Below are positions 1 to 8,786 of a DNA stretch of 64,000 nucleotides, piece after piece. The position numbers and the translations under genes are program-made. This DNA is from Terriglobia bacterium (GTDB lineage: Bacteria > Acidobacteriota > Terriglobia > Terriglobales > Acidobacteriaceae): contig CAVYOH010000001.1 in assembly GCA_963770085.1 (NCBI GenBank), forward strand, positions 528,164-592,163, written 5' to 3'. Every line of letters begins with the position of its first letter. The stretch's first letter is position 1. A model generated the notes under the pieces. That model ran no database searches. It saw nothing but the letters and a program-made list of their open reading frames with translations, and was not told where the DNA came from.

Positions 1-1584
1 TGTCTTCCGTTTAGCAGCATTCCCCATACCAGCCGGCTGTTTGACGACTATCTCCAGCAATTCGCGAAAGTAAGCGCCTTTTATTCGAGGCCCCCGCAGA
101 TAGAAAGCTGGTGGCGCGACGAGATTGGCAGGATCAATTATCCAGAGGACCGTCGCCAGACTGTGGCTTCCATTCTGGAGCGCCAGAACCTGGCTTTTGG
201 GGCGAGCGACAAAGCGCTGGCCAACATCAGGAGACTGAGCGACGGCGCTCCGGCAGTGGTTACGGGCCAGCAAGTAGGGCTTTTCGGCGGGCCTTTATTC
301 TGCCTGTTGAAGGCGCTCTCTGCAGCTATGCATGCAGAAAAGACCGGGGCCGTTCCAGTGTTCTGGCTGGCTACGGAAGATCATGATTATGCCGAGATCA
401 GCTCCGTCAACCTGCCGGCCACCGATCACCTGAAGAAATTCACGGTGAATGTACCGCACAAAGAAGGCGCTCCCGTGGGCAGCGTCAGCTTTGATGACGA
501 GATAGCCGCTGCGGTCCAGCAAGTGGAATCCTTATTTGGGAACTCTGAGGTCGCGGAGTTACTGGCAGCAACCTACAGCAAGGGAGAAAACTTCGGCAGC
601 GCCTTTGCCAAGTTTTATGCCAGGGCGCTGGGCGATCTTGGGATTGTGCTGCTCAATCCAAGCGATCCGGAATTGCATCGCCTGGCTCAGCCGCTTTTTA
701 GGTCCGCACTGGAGCAGGCGGAACAGATCAATGATGCGCTGTTGCAGCGAGGTAAAGACCTTGAAGCCGCCGGGTATCATACCCAGGTCAAGGTAACCAC
801 CTCACACACACTGTGCTTTTTTATCGAAGACGGCGTGCGCACGCCGATTCGAGTGGAAGATGGCAGCTTCCATATCGGCAACCGGAAGCTCTCGCGCAAG
901 GAGATGCTTGCTGAAGTGGAACGATGTCCTGAACTGTTCAGTGCCAACGTTCTCCTACGGCCACTCACGCAGGACCATCTTTTGCCGACATTGTGTTATA
1001 TCGGCGGACCGGCGGAAGTGGCATATTTCGCACAGATTGAAACGGTCTATCGCAAGCTGGCCAACCGTGTGACGCCGGTTCTTCCCCGCATCTTTGCCAC
1101 CATCGTGGAGCCGCGACAAGCCAAATTACTCGATCGCTATGGGCTCAAACTAACTGACATCTTTACCGGGCCGGAGAAAGTCCGTGAGATAGTAGCAGCA
1201 CAAGCGTTGCCGGAAAGCATTGTGAAAAGTTTTGATGCCGCAGAGCAGCATCTTGAACAAGCAATCCATTCCGTTCAGCAACCGCTGCATAAACTCGACA
1301 AGACGCTGGCGGACGCAGCCGAGAATGCGGCGTCAAAGATGCGTTACCAGCTTCAGGGGCTGCGCGACAAAGCTGCACGTGCGGAAGCCCGCAAAAATGG
1401 AGAGCTCCAGCATCATGCGGACGAACTCTCAACCTTGCTTTATCCGAATAAAGATCTTCAGGAGAGGGAAGTGGGAGCGGCTTACTTTCTCTTGAAGTAC
1501 GGAACCGGTTTTGTGCCCCAACTTAAAACCCAGTTGCGGGCCGATTGCCTGGAACACCAGATTGTTCCTTTTCAACCAGCGTAA
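1..1584 (+). CDS. bshC: bacillithiol biosynthesis cysteine-adding enzyme BshC, 5' end cut by window edge
   Basis: Frame 1 is open from nt 1 (CLPFSSIPHTSRLFDDYLQQFAKVSAFYSRP...) and runs into listed ORF 163..1584. BshC-type signature VVTGQQVGLFGGPLF is present. Stop at 1582-1584. Confidence 0.8.
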   Translation, partial: CLPFSSIPHTSRLFDDYLQQFAKVSAFYSRPPQIESWWRDEIGRINYPEDRRQTVASILERQNLAFGASDKALANIRRLSDGAPAVVTGQQVGLFGGPLFCLLKALSAAMHAEKTGAVPVFWLATEDHDYAEISSVNLPATDHLKKFTVNVPHKEGAPVGSVSFDDEIAAAVQQVESLFGNSEVAELLAATYSKGENFGSAFAKFYARALGDLGIVLLNPSDPELHRLAQPLFRSALEQAEQINDALLQRGKDLEAAGYHTQVKVTTSHTLCFFIEDGVRTPIRVEDGSFHIGNRKLSRKEMLAEVERCPELFSANVLLRPLTQDHLLPTLCYIGGPAEVAYFAQIETVYRKLANRVTPVLPRIFATIVEPRQAKLLDRYGLKLTDIFTGPEKVREIVAAQALPESIVKSFDAAEQHLEQAIHSVQQPLHKLDKTLADAAENAASKMRYQLQGLRDKAARAEARKNGELQHHADELSTLLYPNKDLQEREVGAAYFLLKYGTGFVPQLKTQLRADCLEHQIVPFQPA

Positions 1585-2610
1585 TCAAGCATTGGGAACG
1601 AAGATCCTGATCATCCAATAAGTGAGTGCTGCCATGGTTGCGCCTGCTGGAATGGTGATGATCCAGGCCCAGACAATTCTTCGCGCCACTCCCCATCGCA
1701 CAGCCGAGATACGATGCGTTGCTCCCACGCCGATAATCGATCCGGTAATGGTGTGCGTGGTGCTGACCGGAATGCCCCACAGCGCCGTCATGACGAGCGT
1801 AAGCGCAGCCGCCGTCTCAGCGCAAAATCCGCCCACAGGTTTCAGCTTGGTAATTTTGGAACCCATGGTCTGCACAATGCGCCAGCCACCAAAATATGTC
1901 CCCATGGCGATGGTGAAGTAGGCGATGAGAATGATGGGAAGGTGAAACCGGCCCCAGTCACCGCCAGCTTCTTTTGCGGTTAAGTATCCGCCTGCATAAA
2001 GTGCGCTGACAACGATTCCCATTGTCTTTTGTGCATCATTGCCGCCATGCGCAAAACTTACTCCGGCTGAAGATACAAGTTGAAGAACGCGGAACAGCTT
2101 GTCGACCTTGCGAGGCGCCGCCGCCTTGAAGATCCAGGACACAGCCACCATCAGGCCCAGAGCGATAATGAACCCGATCATCGGCGAGATGACGATGAAG
2201 ATCAGCGTATTCTTCCATCCCGCAACTATGATTGCTTTGAAGCCGGCGCGAGCAATGGCCGCTCCGGCATAGCCGCCGAACAGTGCGTGAGAAGAAGATG
2301 TAGGCAATCCCAGGAACCAGGTAATCAGGTTCCAGACAATGGCCCCCACCAGTCCGGCCAGCACCACATACTGAGTCACGTATTCCAGGTGGACCATGCC
2401 TTTGCCAACAGTTTTGGCCACGGCTGTGCCAAGTCCAAATGCTGCGGCAAAGTTAAAGATCGCAGCCCAGATAACGGCGATTCTGGGAGATAACACGCGC
2501 GTAGAAACCACGGTGGCAATGCTGTTGGCCGCGTCATGAAAACCATTGATGAAGTCAAACATCAAGGCCAGAAGCACTGTAAGTAAAACCAGGACTAAGC
2601 TCGTATGCAC
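1585..2610 (-). CDS. pit: inorganic phosphate transporter, PiT family
   Basis: 341-aa polytopic membrane protein. PiT signatures GFHDAANSIATVVSTR (N-terminal half) and GGNDAQKTMGI (second half). Preceded by a DUF47 partner gene. Confidence 0.9.
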   Translation of the reverse strand: MHTSLVLVLLTVLLALMFDFINGFHDAANSIATVVSTRVLSPRIAVIWAAIFNFAAAFGLGTAVAKTVGKGMVHLEYVTQYVVLAGLVGAIVWNLITWFLGLPTSSSHALFGGYAGAAIARAGFKAIIVAGWKNTLIFIVISPMIGFIIALGLMVAVSWIFKAAAPRKVDKLFRVLQLVSSAGVSFAHGGNDAQKTMGIVVSALYAGGYLTAKEAGGDWGRFHLPIILIAYFTIAMGTYFGGWRIVQTMGSKITKLKPVGGFCAETAAALTLVMTALWGIPVSTTHTITGSIIGVGATHRISAVRWGVARRIVWAWIITIPAGATMAALTYWMIRIFVPNA

Positions 2611-2656
2611 CTAGGACGCCTCGCAAAGTAGATTCGTCAGCATGGGCAATGGCGGC

Positions 2657-3271
2657 TCAGGCGCTTTTGAGGACCACGCCTTCAAGAACGTTGGCGGCAT
2701 CCTCGGCTTTGTCCGTGGCGGTTTCCAGAACTTCGTAGAGCTCTTTCAGCTTAATCAGTGAGATTGGATCTTTTTCTTTCTCGAATAGCAGGGCAATCGC
2801 TCCGCGGGCAATCTGGTCCGCTTCATTCTCCAGACGGTTGATTTCCACGCAGTTTACCAAAACATGGTCATTCTTCTTGTCCAGCTTTGTCATGGCCTGA
2901 GAAAGCTGGTCACACTGCTTGATGATGATATCGGCGAGTTGCGATGCAGCCTGAGGCGCGGCCGTGATCTTGTACATGATCAGCCGCACGCCCGCGGCAT
3001 AGACAAAGTCCAGCACGTCGTCTAGCGAAGAGGCCAGACGGTAGATATCCTCGCGATCAAAAGGAGTGATAAATGTCTGGTTGAGACGGGTCAGAATATT
3101 GTGGGTCATTTCGTCGCCGCGATGTTCAATGTCCTTTAGCTTCTGGACGCGAACTTCCACATCCTTGAAATCATCGAGCGTTTGTTTCAAAAGACGGGCG
3201 CCATCGCCAAGATTTTTGGCCATGTCGGCGAATAAATCAAAGAACTTCGTGTCGCGTGGAATGAGGCGCAT
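2657..3271 (-). CDS. DUF47 / PhoU-like Pit accessory protein
   Basis: 204-aa helical protein starting MRLIPRDTKFFDLF, typical of DUF47 (TIGR00153) proteins encoded immediately upstream of pit. Confidence 0.8.
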   Translation of the reverse strand: MRLIPRDTKFFDLFADMAKNLGDGARLLKQTLDDFKDVEVRVQKLKDIEHRGDEMTHNILTRLNQTFITPFDREDIYRLASSLDDVLDFVYAAGVRLIMYKITAAPQAASQLADIIIKQCDQLSQAMTKLDKKNDHVLVNCVEINRLENEADQIARGAIALLFEKEKDPISLIKLKELYEVLETATDKAEDAANVLEGVVLKSA

Positions 3272-3393
3272 TCGTGTGAACAGGTCTCCTTGGGCGGCAA
3301 GGCGCGTTTTAACACAACGTTAACAAACAGAGAACTATCGCATGCGACGCTTGATCTGGTCAAACCGCCAATATAAATCCAGACAACCGCGCA

Positions 3394-3435
3394 TTGACAA
3401 GCGCACTCGAATAAGTTACTTTGCAGTACAAAGTA
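3394..3435 (+). promoter_or_regulatory. sigma70-like promoter with overlapping palindromic operator
   Basis: TTGACA (3394-3399), 17-nt spacer, TACTTT (3417-3422). The inverted repeat TACTTTG-cagta-CAAAGTA (3417-3435) covers the -10 box and predicted start, 8 nt before ATG 3443. Confidence 0.5.
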
Positions 3436-3442
3436 AAACGCC

Positions 3443-4057
3443 ATGAACGAATTGAATCAGGCACTGGACGACATTCGCAGTATTCGGAGACAGATGGCCC
3501 GAAGCACTGAGTTCAGGGGCTACGGTCCTGCGACTCTTGCGGTCACAGGCGTCCTCGCCGTAATCGCGGCGTTGCTGCAAGCTGTCTGGTCGCCCGATCC
3601 GAACTCCCATATTGAACGCTATTTGATCATCTGGATATCGACGGGAATCCTTTCGGCCACTCTGATCGCGGTACAGGTTGCCATGCGGGCGCGTCGTGTT
3701 CATTCTGGAATGGCCGACGAGATGATTTACATGGCGGTGGAGCAATTTCTACCTGCGGTTGGCGTTGGTGCACTCATAACGCTGGTAGTACTTCGACAGG
3801 TGCCGACAGTGGTTTGGATGTTGCCAGGTTTGTGGCAAATCATTTTCAGTCTTGGGGTGTTTTCATCGTGTCGTTTCTTGCCGCGCCTGACATATTCGGC
3901 GGGAGCGTGGTACTTGTTAACTGGCCTTGCGTGCCTCTCCTTGGGCGATGGCCGCGCGCTCTCCCCCTGGATGATGGGCATTTCTTACGGCGCAGGGCAG
4001 ACGCTAGTAGCGGGCATTCTGCTTTTCACTGCGAAAGAGGGCGGGGATGAAAGCTAA
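3443..4057 (+). CDS. hypothetical integral membrane protein
   Basis: 204 aa with several hydrophobic helices. Overlaps the next gene by 11 nt, suggesting translational coupling with the wHTH regulator. Confidence 0.6.
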   Translation: MNELNQALDDIRSIRRQMARSTEFRGYGPATLAVTGVLAVIAALLQAVWSPDPNSHIERYLIIWISTGILSATLIAVQVAMRARRVHSGMADEMIYMAVEQFLPAVGVGALITLVVLRQVPTVVWMLPGLWQIIFSLGVFSSCRFLPRLTYSAGAWYLLTGLACLSLGDGRALSPWMMGISYGAGQTLVAGILLFTAKEGGDES

Positions 4058-4451
4058 GTCGCGCGGCAGCCAGGCGCAGTTTGCGTATGAAGGATTGGAT
4101 CGTGTAATTCACGAGCGGGCACGCCTCAGTGTTATGACTTCATTGGTTGCCAACGCGAAGGGGTTATCTTTTGGTGATCTCAAACGGCTTTGCGCACTCA
4201 CAGACGGCAATTTAAGCCGCCATTTACAAGTTCTTGAAAAAGAGAAGATGGTGGAATTAATCAAAGGCTATGATCGCAATCGTCCGCAAACGATCTGTCG
4301 AATTACCACGAGTGGCCGTAGACGTTACCTGGATTACCTTTCCACCCTGGAGCAGGTCGTGCGTGACGCGGCAATGTTGACCAAGACTAAGGAAGACGCG
4401 GCTCATTCATTGGCCGCACTTTCAGCGCCCCCAGCATTTTCCAGGGCGTAA
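4047..4451 (+). CDS. winged-helix transcriptional regulator (ArsR/MarR-like fold)
   Basis: 134 aa. The segment FGDLKRLCALTDGNLSRHLQVLEKEKMVELIKGYDRNRPQTICRITTSGRRRY has an HTH-plus-wing pattern. Confidence 0.65.
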   Translation: MKAKSRGSQAQFAYEGLDRVIHERARLSVMTSLVANAKGLSFGDLKRLCALTDGNLSRHLQVLEKEKMVELIKGYDRNRPQTICRITTSGRRRYLDYLSTLEQVVRDAAMLTKTKEDAAHSLAALSAPPAFSRA

Positions 4452-4474
4452 TTTTTTTGCGAGGTAGCTTTGTG

Positions 4475-5215
4475 ATGCAAAGTGATATACACGTAGCCAT
4501 CATCATGGACGGCAACGGGCGTTGGGCGTCAAGGCGCGGGCTGCATCGTCTGGCCGGACACCGCGCTGGCGTGACTGCTGTTCGACGCGTGGTGGAGCAC
4601 GCGTCTGATTCTGGCATCAAGGCGCTTACGCTCTATGCTTTTTCTTCAGATAACTGGCGTCGCCCAGAGCACGAAGTACAGCACATCTTCTGGTTGTTGC
4701 GAGCTTACTTGCGCTTGGAAACAGATCGGCTCAAGCGCAGAGGCGCACGCTTGCAGGTGATTGGCAGACGTGACCGTTTACCGCGATTGCTGTTGCGGGA
4801 AATAGTACGTACTGAATCCCAACTGGCAGCTGGCGATGGGCTCCACATTCGGGTAGCCATTGACTATTCTTCGCGCTATGAGATCGTACGAGCCCTGCAA
4901 AATGCCACCGCCTCGTTGTCCCACGACCAGCCCTGTTCAGCCGACGTTCTCCGTTACATGGTTTCGCGGGCTCTGACTTCAGAGGCAAAAGACGTGGATC
5001 TGCTTATTCGCACGGGTGGTGAGAAACGACTCTCGGATTTCCTGCTTTGGGAATCAGCCTATGCGGAACTGGTATTTTGCGAACGAATGTGGCCGGATTT
5101 CGAGGTGGCCGATTTTGAAATGGCACTCCAGGACTTTCGTCGCCGCGAGAGACGTTTTGGCACCGTACCCGTACCAGCAGACGGACCTCCCATTCACAGC
5201 GGCGGGGCCCAATGA
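4475..5215 (+). CDS. uppS: di-trans,poly-cis-undecaprenyl-diphosphate synthase
   Basis: Cis-prenyltransferase motifs HVAIIMDGNGRWA and RTGGEKRLSDFLLWESAYAEL. ATG 4475 preferred over the listed non-ATG start at 4457 (GAGG upstream). Confidence 0.9.
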   Translation: MQSDIHVAIIMDGNGRWASRRGLHRLAGHRAGVTAVRRVVEHASDSGIKALTLYAFSSDNWRRPEHEVQHIFWLLRAYLRLETDRLKRRGARLQVIGRRDRLPRLLLREIVRTESQLAAGDGLHIRVAIDYSSRYEIVRALQNATASLSHDQPCSADVLRYMVSRALTSEAKDVDLLIRTGGEKRLSDFLLWESAYAELVFCERMWPDFEVADFEMALQDFRRRERRFGTVPVPADGPPIHSGGAQ

Positions 5216-6681
5216 TTGCGCCAGGACCGAGACATCTCAAGGTGAAGTTTATTCTTCCCGCGCTTACTGAGGCCACTAGCCCGCATTGGCGGCCGATCAA
5301 GTACTCATTGTTTCCACCGCTTGGCCTGGCCACCCTGGCCGGATATCTGTCGCCTGACGATCATGCTGTAATTGTGGATGAGCATGTGGAAGGCCACACA
5401 CAGGACGATACTCCGGATCTTGTCGTGATTCAGGTGTATATAACGAATGCCTACCGTGCCTATCGACTTGCCGACCTCTACCGCAGGAAAGGTTCATTTG
5501 TTTGTCTGGGAGGACTGCACGTCACGTCCCTCCCTGAAGAAGCTGCCGTGCATGCCGACGCCATTTTCCTGGGACCAGGCGAGCAGACTTTCCCGGAATT
5601 TCTAAAAGACTTTCGTGACGGGAAGCCGGCGCGCGTTTACAACTCGGCCTCAGGCCGTACGCTGAACCGGGTTCCGCCCATTCGGCGTGATCTCATCCGG
5701 CACAGCCGCTACCTGGTGCCAAACTCGATTGTTGTTACGCGCGGTTGTCCACAACACTGTGATTTCTGTTACAAGGACGCGTTCTTCCAGGGAGGACGGA
5801 GCTTTTACACTCAACGAGTGGATGACGCATTGGCCGAGATCGACAGGCTGCCTGGCCGCCATCTTTACTTTTTGGATGACCATCTCCTCGGTGACCGACG
5901 ATTCTCCGAGGCTCTATTTGACGGCATGCGGGGAATGAGGCGCTTGTTTCAGGGGGCGGCAACTGTGGATTCCATCCTGCGTGGAGACCTGATTGAGCGC
6001 GCGGCGGAAGCCGGCCTGCGCAGCATCTTCGTGGGATTCGAAACTCTCACTCCGGAAAACCTCAAGCGCAGCAATAAACGGCAAAATCTGGGTCGCGACT
6101 ACAAGGCGGTTGCGGAACGCCTGCACTCGCTGGGGATCATGATCAACGGAAGTTTTGTTTTCGGCATGGATGATGATGGCGAGGACGTTTTTCGGCGCAC
6201 CGTTGATTGGGCCGTTGAGCATGGGATCACCACCGCGACTTTTCATATTCAAACGCCATATCCTGGTACTTTTCTGCACGCGAGAATGGTCCGCGAGGGA
6301 CGCATGCTTACGCGAGACTGGAACCTTTATGACACCAGACACGTTGTCTATCAACCTGCACGGCTTGCCCCGGAGTTACTGAAGGCGGGCTATGACTGGG
6401 CTTATCGGGAGTTTTACCGCTGGAGTTCAATTGCTCGATCATCCTTGCACCATGGAACATTGAAGCATCAAGCGAAACATCTCTTTTATGCCGCTGGTTG
6501 GAAAAAGTTTGAACCGCTGTGGGACTTGTTGATCAGAACGCGACAACTGGCGCAGATCACACCGCTACTGGAAAGCGTATTGTCTCGGGTTACGGGTTCG
6601 AAGTCTGAAGCCGAGACGGAAAAGGCAGCCGCAGCCATGGAAGCGACTCCAACTCGCGACCTTGAGATGAAAGTCCGATAG
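5212..6681 (+). CDS. B12-binding-domain radical SAM protein
   Basis: 489 aa. N-terminal B12-binding-like region, then CPQHCDFCYK (a CxxxCxxC radical SAM cluster). ATGA start/stop overlap with uppS. Confidence 0.75.
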   Translation: MIAPGPRHLKVKFILPALTEATSPHWRPIKYSLFPPLGLATLAGYLSPDDHAVIVDEHVEGHTQDDTPDLVVIQVYITNAYRAYRLADLYRRKGSFVCLGGLHVTSLPEEAAVHADAIFLGPGEQTFPEFLKDFRDGKPARVYNSASGRTLNRVPPIRRDLIRHSRYLVPNSIVVTRGCPQHCDFCYKDAFFQGGRSFYTQRVDDALAEIDRLPGRHLYFLDDHLLGDRRFSEALFDGMRGMRRLFQGAATVDSILRGDLIERAAEAGLRSIFVGFETLTPENLKRSNKRQNLGRDYKAVAERLHSLGIMINGSFVFGMDDDGEDVFRRTVDWAVEHGITTATFHIQTPYPGTFLHARMVREGRMLTRDWNLYDTRHVVYQPARLAPELLKAGYDWAYREFYRWSSIARSSLHHGTLKHQAKHLFYAAGWKKFEPLWDLLIRTRQLAQITPLLESVLSRVTGSKSEAETEKAAAAMEATPTRDLEMKVR

Positions 6682-6718
6682 AAATGAAACTGCCGATACA
6701 GAAAGAGTCTTGGCTGGC

Positions 6719-7420
6719 CTAGATTTCTGCACGCGCTTTGCTTAAGAGCTGGCTCAGGGCGCGGATAACGAAGCGGATCATGATGACCGTGACAGCTACC
6801 GCGGCTATCACTACCAAAGATGCGGCGACCGGATGCTGCGTGGCCAGCCACGTCAGCAAGATGGCAACCACGTCTTCTCCAAAGCTGAGCGCCATATTGG
6901 AAAACGGTTCCGGAGATGGCGTGACTGCAGCTCTGATGGCCGTCTTTCCTCCGTGTGACGCCAGGGCAATGAGTCCGCCCAACATCGCCGCGGCCAATTG
7001 TGTTCCTGGTGAGAGTTGCTGTGTAGCTCCATAAGAAAGCAGTGCAGCGATTGGGACGCGAATGAATGTGTGCAGCGCGTTCCATAAAAGATCGAAGACC
7101 GGTATTTTGTCAGCAAAGAGTTCCAGCAGGAACAGCGCCAGCGAAACTCCAATCACGGTCCATGAATGAATGATGTGGAGAGCCGGAGGCAGTTGAAACA
7201 GGTTCAGGTGAGAGAGAATACCCAGAGTGGCAAGCGTGGCATAGACGTTCAGACCGGAAGCAAAACTGGCGCCCACGACAATGGCCAGAAGGTCGCTTTT
7301 CTGCAGCTGGGGAAGTAAGGTTTGCTGCAGCAAGAAAGAAGGGCTGCCGTAAAAGAGGCAGCCCAGCTTTGCTAATCTTTGATCAGTTTGAGGCTGATTA
7401 AAGTGTAGATTCAATTTCAA
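6719..7420 (-). CDS. DUF4126-like membrane protein
   Basis: 233-aa hydrophobic protein with G/A-rich helices (VVGASFASGLNVYATLATLGIL...). Start uncertain; an internal TTG/CTG start is possible. Confidence 0.55.
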   Translation of the reverse strand: MKLNLHFNQPQTDQRLAKLGCLFYGSPSFLLQQTLLPQLQKSDLLAIVVGASFASGLNVYATLATLGILSHLNLFQLPPALHIIHSWTVIGVSLALFLLELFADKIPVFDLLWNALHTFIRVPIAALLSYGATQQLSPGTQLAAAMLGGLIALASHGGKTAIRAAVTPSPEPFSNMALSFGEDVVAILLTWLATQHPVAASLVVIAAVAVTVIMIRFVIRALSQLLSKARAEI

Positions 7421-7625
7421 AACCCCAAGCTTCCAGAAGCGGTTCTGGAATGTACTTGGAATTCTTGTTACGCCGTGCCCACTCGCGCAAACGAGTGGAG
7501 CGAATGTATTGGTCGGGGGTGAGTTTAAATTCCTTTACGGCCTGCTCAAAAGACGTAACAACGGGGACCACCGGCCCAATGGGCTCAGGTTTGCCCCAAT
7601 TCGGATTACCGCGTCTCCTTGCCAT
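7398..7625 (-). CDS. small basic hypothetical protein
   Basis: 75-aa ORF (MARRRGNPNWGKPEPIGP...). Overlaps the annotated DUF4126 start by 23 nt. No recognisable motif. Confidence 0.4.
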   Translation of the reverse strand: MARRRGNPNWGKPEPIGPVVPVVTSFEQAVKEFKLTPDQYIRSTRLREWARRNKNSKYIPEPLLEAWGFEIESTL

Positions 7626-8129
7626 ATTCAGTGTTTCCTGCCTTTGTTAGTAGAAGAATGCGTACAAATGAATTACTTGCCCAGTTTGATTCCTCGTGAT
7701 TGGGTTTGGTTTCAGCTCAATTCCCAAAGTAGGAAAGACTTAGCTGCACTCTATGCCCAGAGAGGTTATGCAAACCCCTTAGTTTAAGGGTATTTAGCGC
7801 GGATGGCAACGGAAATGAGTGGAAAAGCCGCCAAAAACCACATTTTTTGAGAGCAGGTACGGTCTCCCGTGGGCCACACATGTACCAACAGATGTCACTA
7901 TGATGTCCTTATGGGCATGTACTTTGGTATGGATGAGAAAAAATACGTGCAAAGCATTTCACATTGGTTCATCGGGGGCAGAAGTTTCCTTGCTATCGTC
8001 TGCTCCCACGAAATTTCAATTGGTGTCGACCCTGCACTGTTTTTGGCGCCGCCCACGGGGACAAGATTGATCTCTGACATTCTGTAAACTTTCCGCATTG
8101 GTTTGCGTATTGAACTGTGAGGAGAAAGC

Positions 8130-8492
8130 ATGATTCAACAACTGGGATTACTGAGTATATTGTTATTTGCACCCTTGGTCGGTCAGGCTACAGCGGCCGA
8201 TGTCACGGGAAACTGGAAGGTCACAATTTCCATACACGATGGCACGATAGTCGGTAAGGCTTCGTTAAAACAGACTGGTCACAGGGTGACGGGCTGGGTA
8301 GGACCTAGCGCACAAGACCCAATTCCAGTCACTGGAGTCCTCCAGGGAAACAAGCTCACGATTCAGACGCATCCCCAACCCGGGCGGAGCGTGGCTTTCC
8401 ATCAATGCGAGCTGAACGTACAAGGCGACAAAATGGTCGGCACTGTCGATACCGATAAGGGAAAGATCGAGTTCGTGAAAAGTGCGCCATGA
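8130..8492 (+). CDS. small secreted hypothetical protein
   Basis: GAGGAG ribosome-binding site before ATG 8130. Signal peptide MIQQLGLLSILLFAPLVGQATA. Beta-rich 120-aa product. Confidence 0.6.
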   Translation: MIQQLGLLSILLFAPLVGQATAADVTGNWKVTISIHDGTIVGKASLKQTGHRVTGWVGPSAQDPIPVTGVLQGNKLTIQTHPQPGRSVAFHQCELNVQGDKMVGTVDTDKGKIEFVKSAP

Positions 8493-8786
8493 TCGCGCTC
8501 AGTGGTCACGCAAGAACATCATCGAGCATTTTCCCTGGCGTGAAGGGGTCGGTTTGGTGCGCCAACTGCGCGGGCCGCACCTGAACAGGTGTCCACCGAG
8601 ACATTCCAGGATCGATCCATCCTCGTCGCCGAACACTTTCCAATTTTGTATGTTGCACAACTATCAATTTCATAACTCAATGCGAATTGCAAGAGAGACT
8701 CCTAAGTCCGGTAAGGAACATAGGTGGCGCGCTTCTTTGATATCATACGGCGTTAGTTTAAAAGCATTCTGTGGAGGAAGTATCCG

